From Rhodanobacteraceae bacterium (GTDB lineage: Bacteria > Pseudomonadota > Gammaproteobacteria > Xanthomonadales > Rhodanobacteraceae), in NCBI GenBank assembly GCA_030123585.1, contig CP126120.1, forward strand, positions 1,465,254-1,529,253: DNA of 64,000 bases, given 5' to 3'. Of this stretch, positions 1 through 9,368 are shown piece after piece; the first letter of the stretch is position 1, and every line of letters begins with the position of its first letter. The position numbers were made by a program, and so were the translations under genes. The notes beneath the pieces are model-generated. The model ran no database searches and was not told where the DNA came from. It saw only the letters and a list, made by a program, of their open reading frames with translations.

Positions 1-250
1 TCCAGTTCATCGAACCCGAGTCGTCCATCATCAACATGATGTTGGGCGGCACTGCGATCGTATCCTGAGGGGGCGTGGGGCTGAGTTCGGTGCAACCATT
101 GTTGTTGCCTTGTGCGCACGGCAAAGCGGCGCTGGCGGGATGCACCCAGGACAACATCACGAAGGGCGCGGTAAGCCCCGTAACCAGCGACAACGCCAGC
201 ACCATGGCGGCGGGTCGCGAGGCAAGGATGGTTTGGCGATTCTGGTTCAT
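1..250 (-). CDS. pilY1: PilY1-like type IV pilus protein, N-terminal ~83 codons only (runs off the left edge)
   Basis: Not in the ORF track because it has no stop in the window. Hand translation from ATG at comp(248..250) gives MNQNRQTILASRPAAMVLALSLVTG...AVPPNIMLMMDDSGSMNW. This is a signal peptide plus a vWA/MIDAS-like DDSGSM motif. It lies directly downstream of pilX. Confidence 0.7.
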   Translation of the reverse strand, partial: MNQNRQTILASRPAAMVLALSLVTGLTAPFVMLSWVHPASAALPCAQGNNNGCTELSPTPPQDTIAVPPNIMLMMDDSGSMNW

Positions 251-327
251 GGCGGGATCCCCCTGCGGGTTCCTGGTTGCTTTCCGCGTTCGTCCTTCGA
301 CGTGCCCAGGACGAACGTCTGACGTCG

Positions 328-978
328 TCAGTTGCTGGTTTGTGCGTCAAAGGTGCTTTGCGCCACGCGCACGGTGTTCTGGTTGCCGCCGGTGGCGCGC
401 GCGGTGATGCGGTAGATATGGATGTTGATATGCCCGGCACCGCCGTTGTTGGGACCGGTGACGCCGGATTCATGTTGCGGACCTGCGCCCGGCGGCTTCA
501 CCAGGCCCATGTCCTCGATGATGTAGCGCGGGTTCTGGGCGATGTTGGCAGTGCCGAAACCACTGGTGTAGCCGCTGTTGCCGGGTCCCGTATAGGCGAG
601 TCCGGTGGACAACCACGCATTGTTGCCGGTGCGGAATGCGGTGACCGCTCCACCCGTGGCATACGGTGCCGCTGCCGGGTCGTACTTCACGCAGCCGGTG
701 GTGGCATTGATGTCGGAGGCGTCGCAGGCGAAGACACTGCCGACGGCCGTGGCGGTGCTCCAGATTTTCCATTCGGCGCCACGCAAGGCCGTGTCGGCGC
801 TCATCTGCGCGAGCTGCGCGCTGCGGGTGGCAGCAACCATGCGCTGCTGCAGCAGCGAGCCGGACGACGCGCCGATCGCGAGCAGGGTCAGCAGGATCAG
901 GAAAATCAGCGCGACCAGCAGCACGGCACCTCGCTGGCGGCGTTGCGGGAAGCGTGGTTGCGGGCGGGAACGGTTCAT
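328..978 (-). CDS. pilX: PilX-like minor pilin/pilus assembly protein
   Basis: The N-terminus has a QRGAVLLVALIFLILLTLL hydrophobic segment. It lies between pilW and pilY1. Start moved to MNRSRPQ at comp 976..978. Confidence 0.7.
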   Translation of the reverse strand: MNRSRPQPRFPQRRQRGAVLLVALIFLILLTLLAIGASSGSLLQQRMVAATRSAQLAQMSADTALRGAEWKIWSTATAVGSVFACDASDINATTGCVKYDPAAAPYATGGAVTAFRTGNNAWLSTGLAYTGPGNSGYTSGFGTANIAQNPRYIIEDMGLVKPPGAGPQHESGVTGPNNGGAGHINIHIYRITARATGGNQNTVRVAQSTFDAQTSN

Positions 979-1007
979 GGTGATTTGCCAGGCCTCATGG
1001 AATCCGG

Positions 1008-1130
1008 GTAGGAGCGCCGGAAGGCGCGACCAAAAAGCCGCCATCCATGGCCAAGAGCTCCGTGGTCGCGGCTGCCGCCGCTCCTACAGGCGTCGCGCCT
1101 TCCGGCGCTCCTACCCGGCGCTCCTGCAAG
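1008..1130. repeat. Family B REP composite (GTAGGAGCGCCGGAAGGCGCGAC ... CCATCCATGGCCAAGAGCTCCGTGG ... GCCGCCGCTCCTAC)
   Basis: Inverted GTAGGAG/CTCCTAC arms around the conserved CCATGGCCAAGAGCTCCGTGG core. It lies between the pilW stop and the pilX start. Confidence 0.8.
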
Positions 1131-1174
1131 CGCAGCGCGTAGATGGCGTGGCCTGTTCGCGTGCATGGCGGTCA

Positions 1175-2482
1175 TCACGGATTGAAATTGCGCAACGCGA
1201 CGAGGGTGGTGAACTCGCGCCGGATCAGTTGTTGCGGGAAGCCCTGATCAGCGTTCGGCTTGATCGTGTGCGCGGACGGCGGGTTCAGCGTGTTGCCATC
1301 CGGCGTGTAGAGGTATTGCATCTCGTTGGGCGTCAGCGTGTACAGCGGCGTCTGGCCATCCATCAGGATATGCACCTCGATGGATTGCACCGCGCGCCAC
1401 AGGCAGCCGGCGCTGGGCATGCCGCCGGGAATGGGCACGTCGGGCGGACAATTGGTGCCGCTGTCGACCTGCGCAGCAGTGAGGTATTGGGTGTTGCCGT
1501 TGGAATCGATGATGCCGTAGCGGAAATCCAGCCGTTCCACGCCGCGCACCAGCGGCTGGGGGTTGCCATTCACGCGCCGCATCAGTTCGCCGGTGGTCGG
1601 GCCACCGGGACACGTCGCGGCGCCATCGACACACACCACCTGCAGGAAATACGTGACGGTCTGGAAATCGTTGCTGAAATCGTACACACGTGGTGCCGCG
1701 CCTTGGCTGATGTCCAACGGTTGTGCGTAGTTGGCGCCAGTCAGGGTCAAGGTGCCGCCACCGTTGGCGACGGCGAACACCTGCGCGTTGGAACAGTCGG
1801 CCAGCATCGCCAGGCTGCCGGTGAAGGTAGTGGCAGCCGGCTCGCCGGCAAGCGGGTTCAGCGTGATCGTGGCGGGTACGGTCGTGGTGTTCATCGTGCT
1901 GCCTGCGGCGCTGCCGCTCTTCACGATGGCCCAGCCGGAACCAGGCTTCAGATAACGGATGGTCAACACATCGCTGCCGACGACGCGATTACCCACGGCC
2001 TTGCCTGCTGCCGGAATCGCGGGAACCTTGGAGTTGGGATCGAGCGGGGTGCAGCCCGTGGTCGTGCAGTCGTAGCCGCGCAAGAACATGGACGACGGCA
2101 ACGAATAGGCCTGCGTCGGCGTCGGCAGCAACACGGTATCGTCATTGAAGGGGATGGCACTCGTGGCGTAAACGGTCGGCGAGCGCAGCGCGTCGAGGTA
2201 CAGGCCGGAACTGGTGCCGCTGGCGTTGCCGCCGCTGTTGCTGCAATACGTGCCGTTGGCGTTGGCGAGGTCGTCACGCAGGCTGTGGATGGCGAAGCGC
2301 CCTTCTTCCTGCAGCGCGGCCATCTGCTGCTGCACCTTGTTGCTGCTGGAGGTGGACGCGAACACCGTGATGATGCCGGCGGCGACGATCAGCGCCATCA
2401 CCAGCGCGATCATCATTTCGATCAACGACAGGCCCGCCATGTGGCGGCGCGCAACGGGATGAACCTGGCGGGCGTGGATCAT
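1175..2482 (-). CDS. pilW: PilW minor pilin
   Basis: Prepilin-type N-terminus AGLSLIEMMIALVMALIVAAG. The start makes an ATGA overlap with the pilV stop. Operon position fits. Confidence 0.8.
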   Translation of the reverse strand: MIHARQVHPVARRHMAGLSLIEMMIALVMALIVAAGIITVFASTSSSNKVQQQMAALQEEGRFAIHSLRDDLANANGTYCSNSGGNASGTSSGLYLDALRSPTVYATSAIPFNDDTVLLPTPTQAYSLPSSMFLRGYDCTTTGCTPLDPNSKVPAIPAAGKAVGNRVVGSDVLTIRYLKPGSGWAIVKSGSAAGSTMNTTTVPATITLNPLAGEPAATTFTGSLAMLADCSNAQVFAVANGGGTLTLTGANYAQPLDISQGAAPRVYDFSNDFQTVTYFLQVVCVDGAATCPGGPTTGELMRRVNGNPQPLVRGVERLDFRYGIIDSNGNTQYLTAAQVDSGTNCPPDVPIPGGMPSAGCLWRAVQSIEVHILMDGQTPLYTLTPNEMQYLYTPDGNTLNPPSAHTIKPNADQGFPQQLIRREFTTLVALRNFNP

Positions 2483-3033
2483 GGCTGGAACACCCATTGG
2501 AAGGTATGCAGTTGCTGGCCCTGCGTGCCGGCAGCGAGTGACGCCTGCTGCGCGCCGCCTGCGCCGCCGGCTTCATTCCAGCTCAGAGTCATGGTGCAGG
2601 TGCCGCCATACGGCGGCCGCATGTCCACTTGCGTGCCGTTGGGCACGTAATTGAGGCCGGTGGTCGAACAGGTGATGTTGCCCGACACGTTCGGCAGGAA
2701 GGTGGTGAGCTGGGTACTCCACTGCGCCATGTCGTAATTGGCGAGCTGCTGCGGATTGCAACCCGCCGAACAACTGGCGGTGCTGGCGCTGACCGGATAG
2801 TTGCCGTTGTAGTCGCCAGCCCACAATCCCGCCGGATTGGCGCCCATGCGCGCGGCCATGTTGTGCGCGAGGAACGTGGCCTGCGTGCGCAGGTAGGCGA
2901 CGTGGTTGGACTGGATCGCGAAGATCAGCAGGCCGGCCAGACCGATGACGCCGAGGCTGAACACCAGGATGGCGATCAGCACTTCCAGCATCGAGAAGCC
3001 GCCTTGGTGTGGATGGGCGCGATGGATGATCAT
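2479..3033 (-). CDS. pilV: PilV minor pilin
   Basis: N-terminus GGFSMLEVLIAILVFSLGVIG is a prepilin methylation motif. The start at comp 3031..3033 makes an ATGA overlap with the upstream gene stop. Confidence 0.8.
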   Translation of the reverse strand: MIIHRAHPHQGGFSMLEVLIAILVFSLGVIGLAGLLIFAIQSNHVAYLRTQATFLAHNMAARMGANPAGLWAGDYNGNYPVSASTASCSAGCNPQQLANYDMAQWSTQLTTFLPNVSGNITCSTTGLNYVPNGTQVDMRPPYGGTCTMTLSWNEAGGAGGAQQASLAAGTQGQQLHTFQWVFQP

Positions 3034-3587
3034 GGCGAAGGAGCCGGACAGTTCGGGGTCGTGGGCGTCGTGCCGCCGGTGGTCTGCTGCAGCATCCCGG
3101 CCGGCAATACCTGCAGATAGCGCGGCTGGCCGTTGGCGGCAGGCGTGGGGGAAACGGTGAAGCAGGCGCCGGCCGATCCGCTCGCCAGCGTGCCCTGCGC
3201 CACGTAGGTGACGCTCGTGCCCGGCGCGGCGCTCACCACGTATTGCGCGGGAATGGCCGGGTGATTGCGCAGCACCGTCGCCACGGCGCCTGCCGCGGTA
3301 CCCGCCGGCGGAATGTTCACGGTCCAGCCGTTCTGCCAACTGCCGGCCGACGCCGAAACCGCGACGCTGGTCTGCCGGGAAATGGCCTCGGTGCGGGCGT
3401 ATTGCAGGTCGCCGGCCAGGGCGTTGTTGACGTCGGCGAGATTGGTGGAAACCAGCACGCGCTTGAAGGTCGGCACGGCGATCATGGCCAGGATCGCCGC
3501 CACCGCCAGCGTGATCATCAGCTCCACGAGCGTGAAGCCGCGTGCGCGGCAGCGCGCGCGCAGGCGCGTCATGAGGTCATCAGGCAT
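3030..3587 (-). CDS. fimU: FimU/FimT-type (GspH-like) minor pilin
   Basis: N-terminus RGFTLVELMITLAVAAILAMIAVPTF. It is the first gene of the minor-pilin operon. The upstream part of the 353-aa track ORF is repeat translation, so the start is set at MPDDLM. Confidence 0.65.
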   Translation of the reverse strand: MPDDLMTRLRARCRARGFTLVELMITLAVAAILAMIAVPTFKRVLVSTNLADVNNALAGDLQYARTEAISRQTSVAVSASAGSWQNGWTVNIPPAGTAAGAVATVLRNHPAIPAQYVVSAAPGTSVTYVAQGTLASGSAGACFTVSPTPAANGQPRYLQVLPAGMLQQTTGGTTPTTPNCPAPSP

Positions 3588-3721
3588 GGTCTGGTTGTTC
3601 CCCGGCACCACGGTTTGCCCCTGTCGAAAGCCGACGATGCGGGACGGATCATGCAGGTTGCGTGCCCGCCAGCAATGGAATCGGCGACGAACGGCGGCAT
3701 CGGGCCGATGAGCGGCGGGTG

Positions 3722-3866
3722 AAAACCCTTCTCCCTCCGGGAGAAGGTGGCGCGCAGCGCCGGATGAGGGTTCGGCCACTGCACTCACCCCACTCTCGAA
3801 ACAAGCGGGCAATACCTCGCGTCTCCGAACCCGCACCCCTACCCCTCTCCCGAAGGGAGAGGGGTT
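3722..3866. repeat. Family E repeat (CTTCTCCCTCCGGGAGAAGG ... GCGCGCAGCGCCGGATGAGGGT ... CCCCTCTCCCGAAGGGAGAGGGG)
   Basis: Two short GC hairpins plus a conserved core. A second copy lies at 48340..48495. Confidence 0.75.
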
Positions 3867-4936
3867 CAACGGCAGGCGAGTTCGTCGATCACCCTGTCGA
3901 GTGAAGTTTGCCAGTCCGGCAATTCCACGCCGAACGCTGCGCGCAGCTTCGACGTGTCGAGCACCGAATACGCGGGACGCACGGCTTTCGTCGGGTAGTC
4001 GGTGGTGCGGATGGCGGCGATCCGCAGCGCGCGTTCGATCACGCCTGCATGTCGTGCGCGCTCGAAAATCGCGCGGGCGAAGCCACACCAACTGGTCTGG
4101 CCGGATGCGACGAGGTGATAAATGCCGTCGCGCGCGGATGCATCATCGGCAAGCCATTGCGCGATGACCTGCGCGGTGACGTCCGCGATCAGCCGTGCCG
4201 GTGTCGGCGCACCGATCTGGTCATCGACGACGCGCAGTTCGTCGCGCTCCGCGCCGAGCCGCAGCATGGTGCGCAGGAAATTGTGGCCGCGCGCGGCGTA
4301 CACCCATGCGGTGCGAAAGATCAGATGCCGCGCGCCGCTGGCGCGCAACGCGATTTCACCGGCGAGCTTGCTGCGCCCGTACACGCCGAGCGGGTGCGTG
4401 GCGTCGTTCTCGCGGTACGGTTCGGTCGCGCTGCCGTCGAACACGTAGTCGGTCGAATAGTGCACGACGCGCGCTTCGTGGCGCGCGGCCCACCCGCCCA
4501 GCACGCCCAACGCATCGCCGTTGACGCACATTGCGGGACCGGACTCGTCCTCGGCGCGATCGACCGCGGTGTAGGCGGCGGCGTTGACGATCAGGTGCGG
4601 CGCGATGCGGTCGAGCGCGGCGCGCAAGCTTTCGAGGTCGGCCAGATCGATACACTCGCATCGCGTGCCGTCGTCGAGCTTGCCGCTGCGGGTAGCAGGG
4701 ATGACCACAGTTTCATCCCATCGCACCAACACACGCCCGTCTCCCTGTAGGAGCGGCGGAAGCCGCGACCCGGTCGGACCTCGTGGGAGCGGCGAAAGCC
4801 GCGTGAAGCTGCCATCCATGGCCAAGAACTCCGTGGTCGGGCCTTCCGGCCCTCCTACGATCGCCAGCGCTCGCAGCAGTTCGTGCCCCACCTGCCCGTT
4901 CGCGCCGGTGACGAGAATTTTGATCGGCTGCATCAC
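3866..4936 (-). CDS. rmlD: dTDP-4-dehydrorhamnose reductase RmlD, carrying an in-frame repeat insertion
   Basis: ILVTGANGQVG Rossmann motif, YSTDYVFDG, and GVYGRSKLAGE (YxxxK). About 45 extra residues (VGGPEGPTTEFLAMDGS...RLPPLLQGD) are encoded by a family B unit. Confidence 0.85.
   Translation of the reverse strand: MMQPIKILVTGANGQVGHELLRALAIVGGPEGPTTEFLAMDGSFTRLSPLPRGPTGSRLPPLLQGDGRVLVRWDETVVIPATRSGKLDDGTRCECIDLADLESLRAALDRIAPHLIVNAAAYTAVDRAEDESGPAMCVNGDALGVLGGWAARHEARVVHYSTDYVFDGSATEPYRENDATHPLGVYGRSKLAGEIALRASGARHLIFRTAWVYAARGHNFLRTMLRLGAERDELRVVDDQIGAPTPARLIADVTAQVIAQWLADDASARDGIYHLVASGQTSWCGFARAIFERARHAGVIERALRIAAIRTTDYPTKAVRPAYSVLDTSKLRAAFGVELPDWQTSLDRVIDELACR
4744..4860. repeat. Family B REP composite inside the rmlD coding frame
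   Basis: TGTAGGAGCGGCGGAAGCCGCGAC ... CCATCCATGGCCAAGAACTCCGTGG ... GGGCCTTCCGGCCCTCCTAC. Confidence 0.8.
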
Positions 4937-4962
4937 AGCTTTCGTCCCTTCAAACCTTGGCT

Positions 4963-5069
4963 GTCATTCCGGGGCCGGCGCAGCTTCATCGCGACGGAAC
5001 CCGGAATCGGTCTTGTGATTGCTACGAAACCGATTCCGGGTTCCGCGCTGCGCGCGGCCCCGGAATGAC
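4963..5069. repeat. Family A palindromic MITE-like unit (GTCATTCCGGGGC...GAACCCGGAATCGGT / ACCGATTCCGGGTTC...GCCCCGGAATGAC)
   Basis: Near-perfect ~107-bp hairpin between rmlD and rmlC. Confidence 0.85.
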
Positions 5070-5104
5070 GAAGAAAAGAATAGCCGGCCGCGCTGGCGAC
5101 CCGC

Positions 5105-5683
5105 TCAACCAGCCTGATACGTCGGCAGCTTGTCCGCGGACACATCGGCCAGGAACGGCGTTTGCTGGTCCTTCGCCGACAGCAGCGGTTCGGCCACTGG
5201 CCAGTCGATGCCGATGGCGGCGTCGTTCCAGCGCACGCCGGCGTCGGCCTTCGGGTCGTACAGCGCGGTGCATTGGTACATGAAGGTCGCGGCTTCGCTG
5301 ACCACGCAGAAACCGTGCGCGAAACCTTCCGGGATCCACAACTGGCGATGGTTGGCGGCGGTCAGCATCGCCGCTTCCCATTGCCCGAAGGTGGGCGAGC
5401 CGCGGCGGATGTCCACCGCCACGTCGTACACCTCGCCTTCCAGCACCGATACCAGCTTGCCCTGCGGATGCGGCCACTGGTAGTGCAGGCCGCGCAACAC
5501 GCCCCGCGCGGAACGCGAGACGTTGGATTGCACGAAACGCACGTCGATGCCGAGCGCCTTGTATTTCTCCGCGTGGAAACTCTCGAAGAAATAGCCGCGC
5601 GCATCACCGTGCACCACGGGTTCGATCACGCACACGCCGGGCAGGCGGGTGTCGATGCGTTTGAGGTGGGGTTGGTGGGACAT
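5105..5683 (-). CDS. rmlC: dTDP-4-dehydrorhamnose 3,5-epimerase
   Basis: Cupin motifs GVLRGLHYQ and WIPEGFAHGF. Typical length of 192 aa. Confidence 0.93.
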   Translation of the reverse strand: MSHQPHLKRIDTRLPGVCVIEPVVHGDARGYFFESFHAEKYKALGIDVRFVQSNVSRSARGVLRGLHYQWPHPQGKLVSVLEGEVYDVAVDIRRGSPTFGQWEAAMLTAANHRQLWIPEGFAHGFCVVSEAATFMYQCTALYDPKADAGVRWNDAAIGIDWPVAEPLLSAKDQQTPFLADVSADKLPTYQAG

Positions 5684-5741
5684 GCCATCAGTATCCTGTC
5701 GCGACTGCTCCGGAGCACAGTTTGTATTGGGGCTCTCAAGT

Positions 5742-5901
5742 TGTCATTCCGGGGCGACCCGAAGGGTCGAACCCGGAATCGGTTTTGTGGCAATCCCAAG
5801 ACCGATTCCGGGTTCCGTCGCGATGAAGCCGCTCCGGCCCCGGAATGACGAGTACGGAGGTGGTCGTACCGGGTTCCAGTTTGCGACGGCCCCGGAATGA
5901 C
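5742..5901. repeat. Family A repeat cluster
   Basis: GTCATTCCGGGGC and CCCCGGAATGAC arms between rmlC and rmlA. Confidence 0.8.
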
Positions 5902-5912
5902 GACTGGATGTT

Positions 5913-6788
5913 TCACCCGCCCACCAACCGCAGCAGGTATTGCCCATAACCCGTCTTCGCCAGTGGGGCCGCGAGCTCGCGCACGCGCGCGGCGTCGATC
6001 CAGCCGTGCTGGAACGCTATTTCCTCGGGGCAGCACACCTTCAGTCCTTGCCGGTTCTCGACCGTGGCGATGTAGTTGCCCGCGTCCATCATCGATTCAT
6101 GGGTGCCGGTGTCGAGCCACGCGTAGCCGCGGCCGAGTTGTTCCAGCATCAGCGAGCCGTCGTCCAGATAGCAGCGGTTGAGGTCGGTGATTTCAAGTTC
6201 CCCGCGCGGCGACGGCTTGAGTTGCGCGGCGAAATCGCACACGCGCCCATCATAGAAATACAGCCCCGTCACCGCGTAACTGGATTTCGGTTTGGCGGGT
6301 TTTTCTTCCAGCCCGATCACGCGACCGGTCGCGTCGAATTCGGCCACGCCGTAGCGTTCCGGATCGCGCACCAGGTAACCGAACACCGTCGCGCCGCATT
6401 CGCGCGCCGCGGCACGCTGCAACAATTCGGTGAAGCCGTGGCCGAAGAAGATGTTGTCGCCCAGCACCAGCGCGCAGGGATCGCCCGCGATGAATTCGCG
6501 CCCGATCAGGAACGCCTGCGCCAGGCCATCCGGCGAAGGCTGCACCGCGTAGCTGATCTTGATGCCCCACTGCGAACCATCGCCGAGCAGGTTCTCGAAC
6601 AACGCCTGCTCGTGCGGCGTGTTGATCACCAGCACCTCGCGGATGCCGGCCAGCATCAGCACCGACAGCGGGTAGTAGATCATCGGCTTGTCGTACACCG
6701 GCAGCAGCTGCTTGCTGACCGCCTGCGTCACCGGATACAGCCGCGTGCCTGAACCGCCGGCGAGGATGATGCCTTTTTGCGTCGTCAC
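5913..6788 (-). CDS. rmlA: Glucose-1-phosphate thymidylyltransferase
   Basis: N-terminus [16 protein letters not shown]. Strong RmlA-like sequence throughout. Confidence 0.95.
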   Translation of the reverse strand: MTTQKGIILAGGSGTRLYPVTQAVSKQLLPVYDKPMIYYPLSVLMLAGIREVLVINTPHEQALFENLLGDGSQWGIKISYAVQPSPDGLAQAFLIGREFIAGDPCALVLGDNIFFGHGFTELLQRAAARECGATVFGYLVRDPERYGVAEFDATGRVIGLEEKPAKPKSSYAVTGLYFYDGRVCDFAAQLKPSPRGELEITDLNRCYLDDGSLMLEQLGRGYAWLDTGTHESMMDAGNYIATVENRQGLKVCCPEEIAFQHGWIDAARVRELAAPLAKTGYGQYLLRLVGG

Positions 6789-6807
6789 GTTTTCATTCCT
6801 TGTGAAA

Positions 6808-7095
6808 ACCGATTCCGGGTTCCGCCGCGATGAAACCGCGGCGGCCCCGGAATGACCAGCCGGAACCCGGAATGACCAACAGATTTTGTCGTTCCGGGGC
6901 TGCCAGCGGATTCATGCTGGCAGAACCCGGAACCGGTTTCCGGCCACCCCAGGACCGATTCCGGTTCCGCCGCGATGAAACCGCGGCGGCCCCGGAATGA
7001 CCAGCCGGAACCCGGAATGACCAACAGATTTTGTCGTTCCGGGGCTGCCAGCGGATTCATGCTGGCAGAACCCGGAACCGGTTTCCGGCCACCCC
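6808..7095. repeat. Family A-derived ~143-bp unit duplicated in direct tandem (6808..6950 and 6954..7095)
   Basis: Two nearly identical copies (one 1-nt indel seen) separated by AGG. Confidence 0.85.
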
Positions 7096-7104
7096 GGCCA
7101 ACCC

Positions 7105-7395
7105 TCACTGGCTGATCTCCGGCCACAAATCCCGCCAGTCGGGATTCGACTTTTCGATCAGCGCAATCTTCCAGGCTCGCCGCCACTTCTTCAATTCCTT
7201 CTCGCGTTCGATCGCCTCGATCATCGAACGAAATTGTTCGAAATGCACCAGGCGGTGGATGCCATGTTGCCTGGTGAAACCCTCGACCACATTGTTGCGA
7301 TGTTCCCAGATGCGCTTGACCAGGTCCGACGTCACGCCGATGTAGAGCGTGCCGTAGGGTTTGGTGGCCAGGATGTAAACGGCGGGTTCGCGCAA
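7105..7395 (-). CDS. GIY-YIG nuclease family protein (96 aa)
   Basis: AVYILATKPYGTLYIGVTSDLVKRIWEH is a GIY-YIG motif. A TTG start at comp 7393..7395 is assumed because the upstream part of the ORF is repeat translation. Confidence 0.75.
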   Translation of the reverse strand: MREPAVYILATKPYGTLYIGVTSDLVKRIWEHRNNVVEGFTRQHGIHRLVHFEQFRSMIEAIEREKELKKWRRAWKIALIEKSNPDWRDLWPEISQ

Positions 7396-7471
7396 GAGGC
7401 GGCTCCGAAACCAGTGTGGCGGGTTCGCCTGCGTCGCCACCCGTCGGCGCTGCGGCGAACAGTGAAGATAA

Positions 7472-7710
7472 ACCGATTCCGGGTTCCGCCGCGATAAAGC
7501 CGCGACGGCCCCGGAATGACGAGTATGGAGGTGGCCGTGCCGGGTTCCGCCGCGATGAAACCGCGCCGGCCCCGGAATGACCACCTGCGAATTTGTCGTT
7601 CCTGGTTCTGCCCGCGGTAATGCCGCGGCGGCCCCGGAATGACAAGCATAGAGGTAGTCATTCCGGGGCCATCGCCGGCTCCATCGGCGATGGAACCCGG
7701 AATCGGTTTC
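7472..7710. repeat. Family A repeat cluster (several CCCCGGAATGAC arms)
   Basis: Lies between the GIY-YIG gene and rmlB. Confidence 0.8.
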
Positions 7711-7745
7711 GCAGAAGCCGTCGCAATGCCGACCGACACCAGCAT

Positions 7746-8804
7746 TCACCCCCGCCCCAACCGCTCCATCCGATAGCTGCCATCCAGCACGCGCTGCACC
7801 CACGGCTGGTTGGCGAGGTACCAGTCAACCGTGCGGGCGAGGCCGGTTTCGAAATCGACCGACGGCTTCCAGCCGAGTTCGCGTTGCAGCTTCGACGAAT
7901 CGATCGCGTAGCGACGGTCGTGGCCGGGGCGATCCTTCACGAACTCGATCAGCGATTCACGTTGGCGGCCGTCGTCCAGCGGACGTTTCGCGTCCAGCAG
8001 CGCGCAGATGGTTTTCACCACATGGAGGTTCTCGCGCTCGGAATCGCCGCCCACGTTCCAGGTTTCGCCCACGCGCCCCGCTTCCAGCACCCGTCGGATG
8101 GCGCTGCAGTGGTCCAGCACGAACAGCCAGTCGCGGATGTTCCTGCCATCGCCGTACACCGGCAATTTTTCGCCTGCCAGCGCGCGCGCGATGATCAGCG
8201 GAATCAACTTCTCCGGAAACTGGTACGGCCCGTAATTGTTCGAGCAATTGGTGGTGAGAACCGGTAATCCGTAGGTGTGGTGGAACGCACGCACCAGATG
8301 GTCGGAAGCCGCCTTCGACGCCGAGTACGGCGAATTGGGCGCATACGGCGTGGCTTCGGTGAACTTGCCGGTCGCGCCCAGCGAGCCGTACACCTCGTCG
8401 GTGGAGACGTGCAGGAAGCGAAACCCGTCCTTCGACGCGCCGTCCAGCGCCTTCCACCAATCGCGCACCGCTTCCAGCAACGCCAGCGTGCCGACCACGT
8501 TGGTTGCGATGAACGCGGCGGGGCCATCGATGGAACGATCGACGTGCGATTCCGCGGCGAAGTTCACCACCGCATCGGGCCGGTGTTCGGCCAGCAGCTT
8601 CGCCACCAGCGCACGATCGCCGATGTCGCCCTGCACGAACACGTGCCGCGCATTGCCTTCCAGCGGTTTCAGCGTGTCGAGGTTGCCAGCGTAGGTCAGC
8701 TTGTCCAGGTTGACCACGGTCAGCCCGTCGGCCACCGCCTGCAGCACGAAATTGCCGCCGATGAACCCGGCGCCGCCGGTGACCAGCAAGGTCCCCATTG
8801 ACAC
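7746..8804 (-). CDS. rmlB: dTDP-glucose 4,6-dehydratase
   Basis: [20 protein letters not shown] (YxxxK), 352 aa. Confidence 0.95.
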   Translation of the reverse strand: MSMGTLLVTGGAGFIGGNFVLQAVADGLTVVNLDKLTYAGNLDTLKPLEGNARHVFVQGDIGDRALVAKLLAEHRPDAVVNFAAESHVDRSIDGPAAFIATNVVGTLALLEAVRDWWKALDGASKDGFRFLHVSTDEVYGSLGATGKFTEATPYAPNSPYSASKAASDHLVRAFHHTYGLPVLTTNCSNNYGPYQFPEKLIPLIIARALAGEKLPVYGDGRNIRDWLFVLDHCSAIRRVLEAGRVGETWNVGGDSERENLHVVKTICALLDAKRPLDDGRQRESLIEFVKDRPGHDRRYAIDSSKLQRELGWKPSVDFETGLARTVDWYLANQPWVQRVLDGSYRMERLGRG

Positions 8805-9003
8805 GAATCTCCGTCACGCAAAGGGCGTATTGTGTCACAGGTGCGGAATCGCCCATGACCGGTACCAAGCGTGCATCCGCGCCACCGCCCATACCCACCT
8901 CCCGGCAAGCGTGCGTTCAAACGGTCACGGTATGCCGATTGGCACGCATCGTGCTGCAGGAAATCCCGGAGCATCTATCTGGTCAGGAACAGGGGCTCCC
9001 GAA

Positions 9004-9036
9004 CGGTCGCGCCGCAAGGCGCGGCCGTTTGCTTTT
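9004..9036 (+). terminator. Intrinsic-terminator-like hairpin with no obvious upstream plus-strand gene
   Basis: CGGTCGCGCC-GCAA-GGCGCGGCCG (10-bp stem, one mismatch) followed by TTTGCTTTTCC. Confidence 0.35.
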
Positions 9037-9065
9037 CCTGGTTAACGCTGATCCTCAGCAAATTG

Positions 9066-9270
9066 CTTTGTCATTCCGGAGCGGGCCGCAGGCCCGAATC
9101 CGGAATCGGTTTGATTCTTCGCACACCGCGACGCTGGTTGACTCGCGGCATTCATGGCCAAGAGTTCCATGATCACGACCACGGGCTCCTACACCTGCCC
9201 TTGTAGGAGCGTGCTTGCACGCGATGGGTGTTTGTCCCTGCAGGAGCGTGCTTGCACGCGACCGGCGCGC
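9066..9270. repeat. Family A half-unit (9070..9112) plus a family B-like variant (TGTAGGAGCGTGCTTGCACGCGA, two copies)
   Basis: Read directly. Lies upstream of pilA1. Confidence 0.7.
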
Positions 9271-9308
9271 CAACAAAACCGTGAACCACGTCACACTTCA
9301 TTCCCGAC

Positions 9309-9324
9309 TGGCATGCAATGTGCT
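9309..9324 (+). promoter_or_regulatory. Candidate sigma54 (-24/-12) promoter of pilA1
   Basis: TGGCATGCAATGTGCT has GG and GC at consensus spacing (TGGCAC-N5-TTGCW). It lies 45 nt upstream of the ATG. Confidence 0.5.
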
Positions 9325-9368
9325 GTGACATTTGGTGACACGAGCATGGGAACAGGGGTTCCTTCGAC

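Noticed and set aside
6785-7803. ORFs 6785..7645(-), 7332..7745(-) and the N-terminal 136 aa of 7105..7803(-).
   Set aside because: Their translations (…[14 protein letters not shown]…, …VIPGP…) are simply family A repeat units read through. Only the GIY-YIG part (7105..7395) has protein-like sequence.
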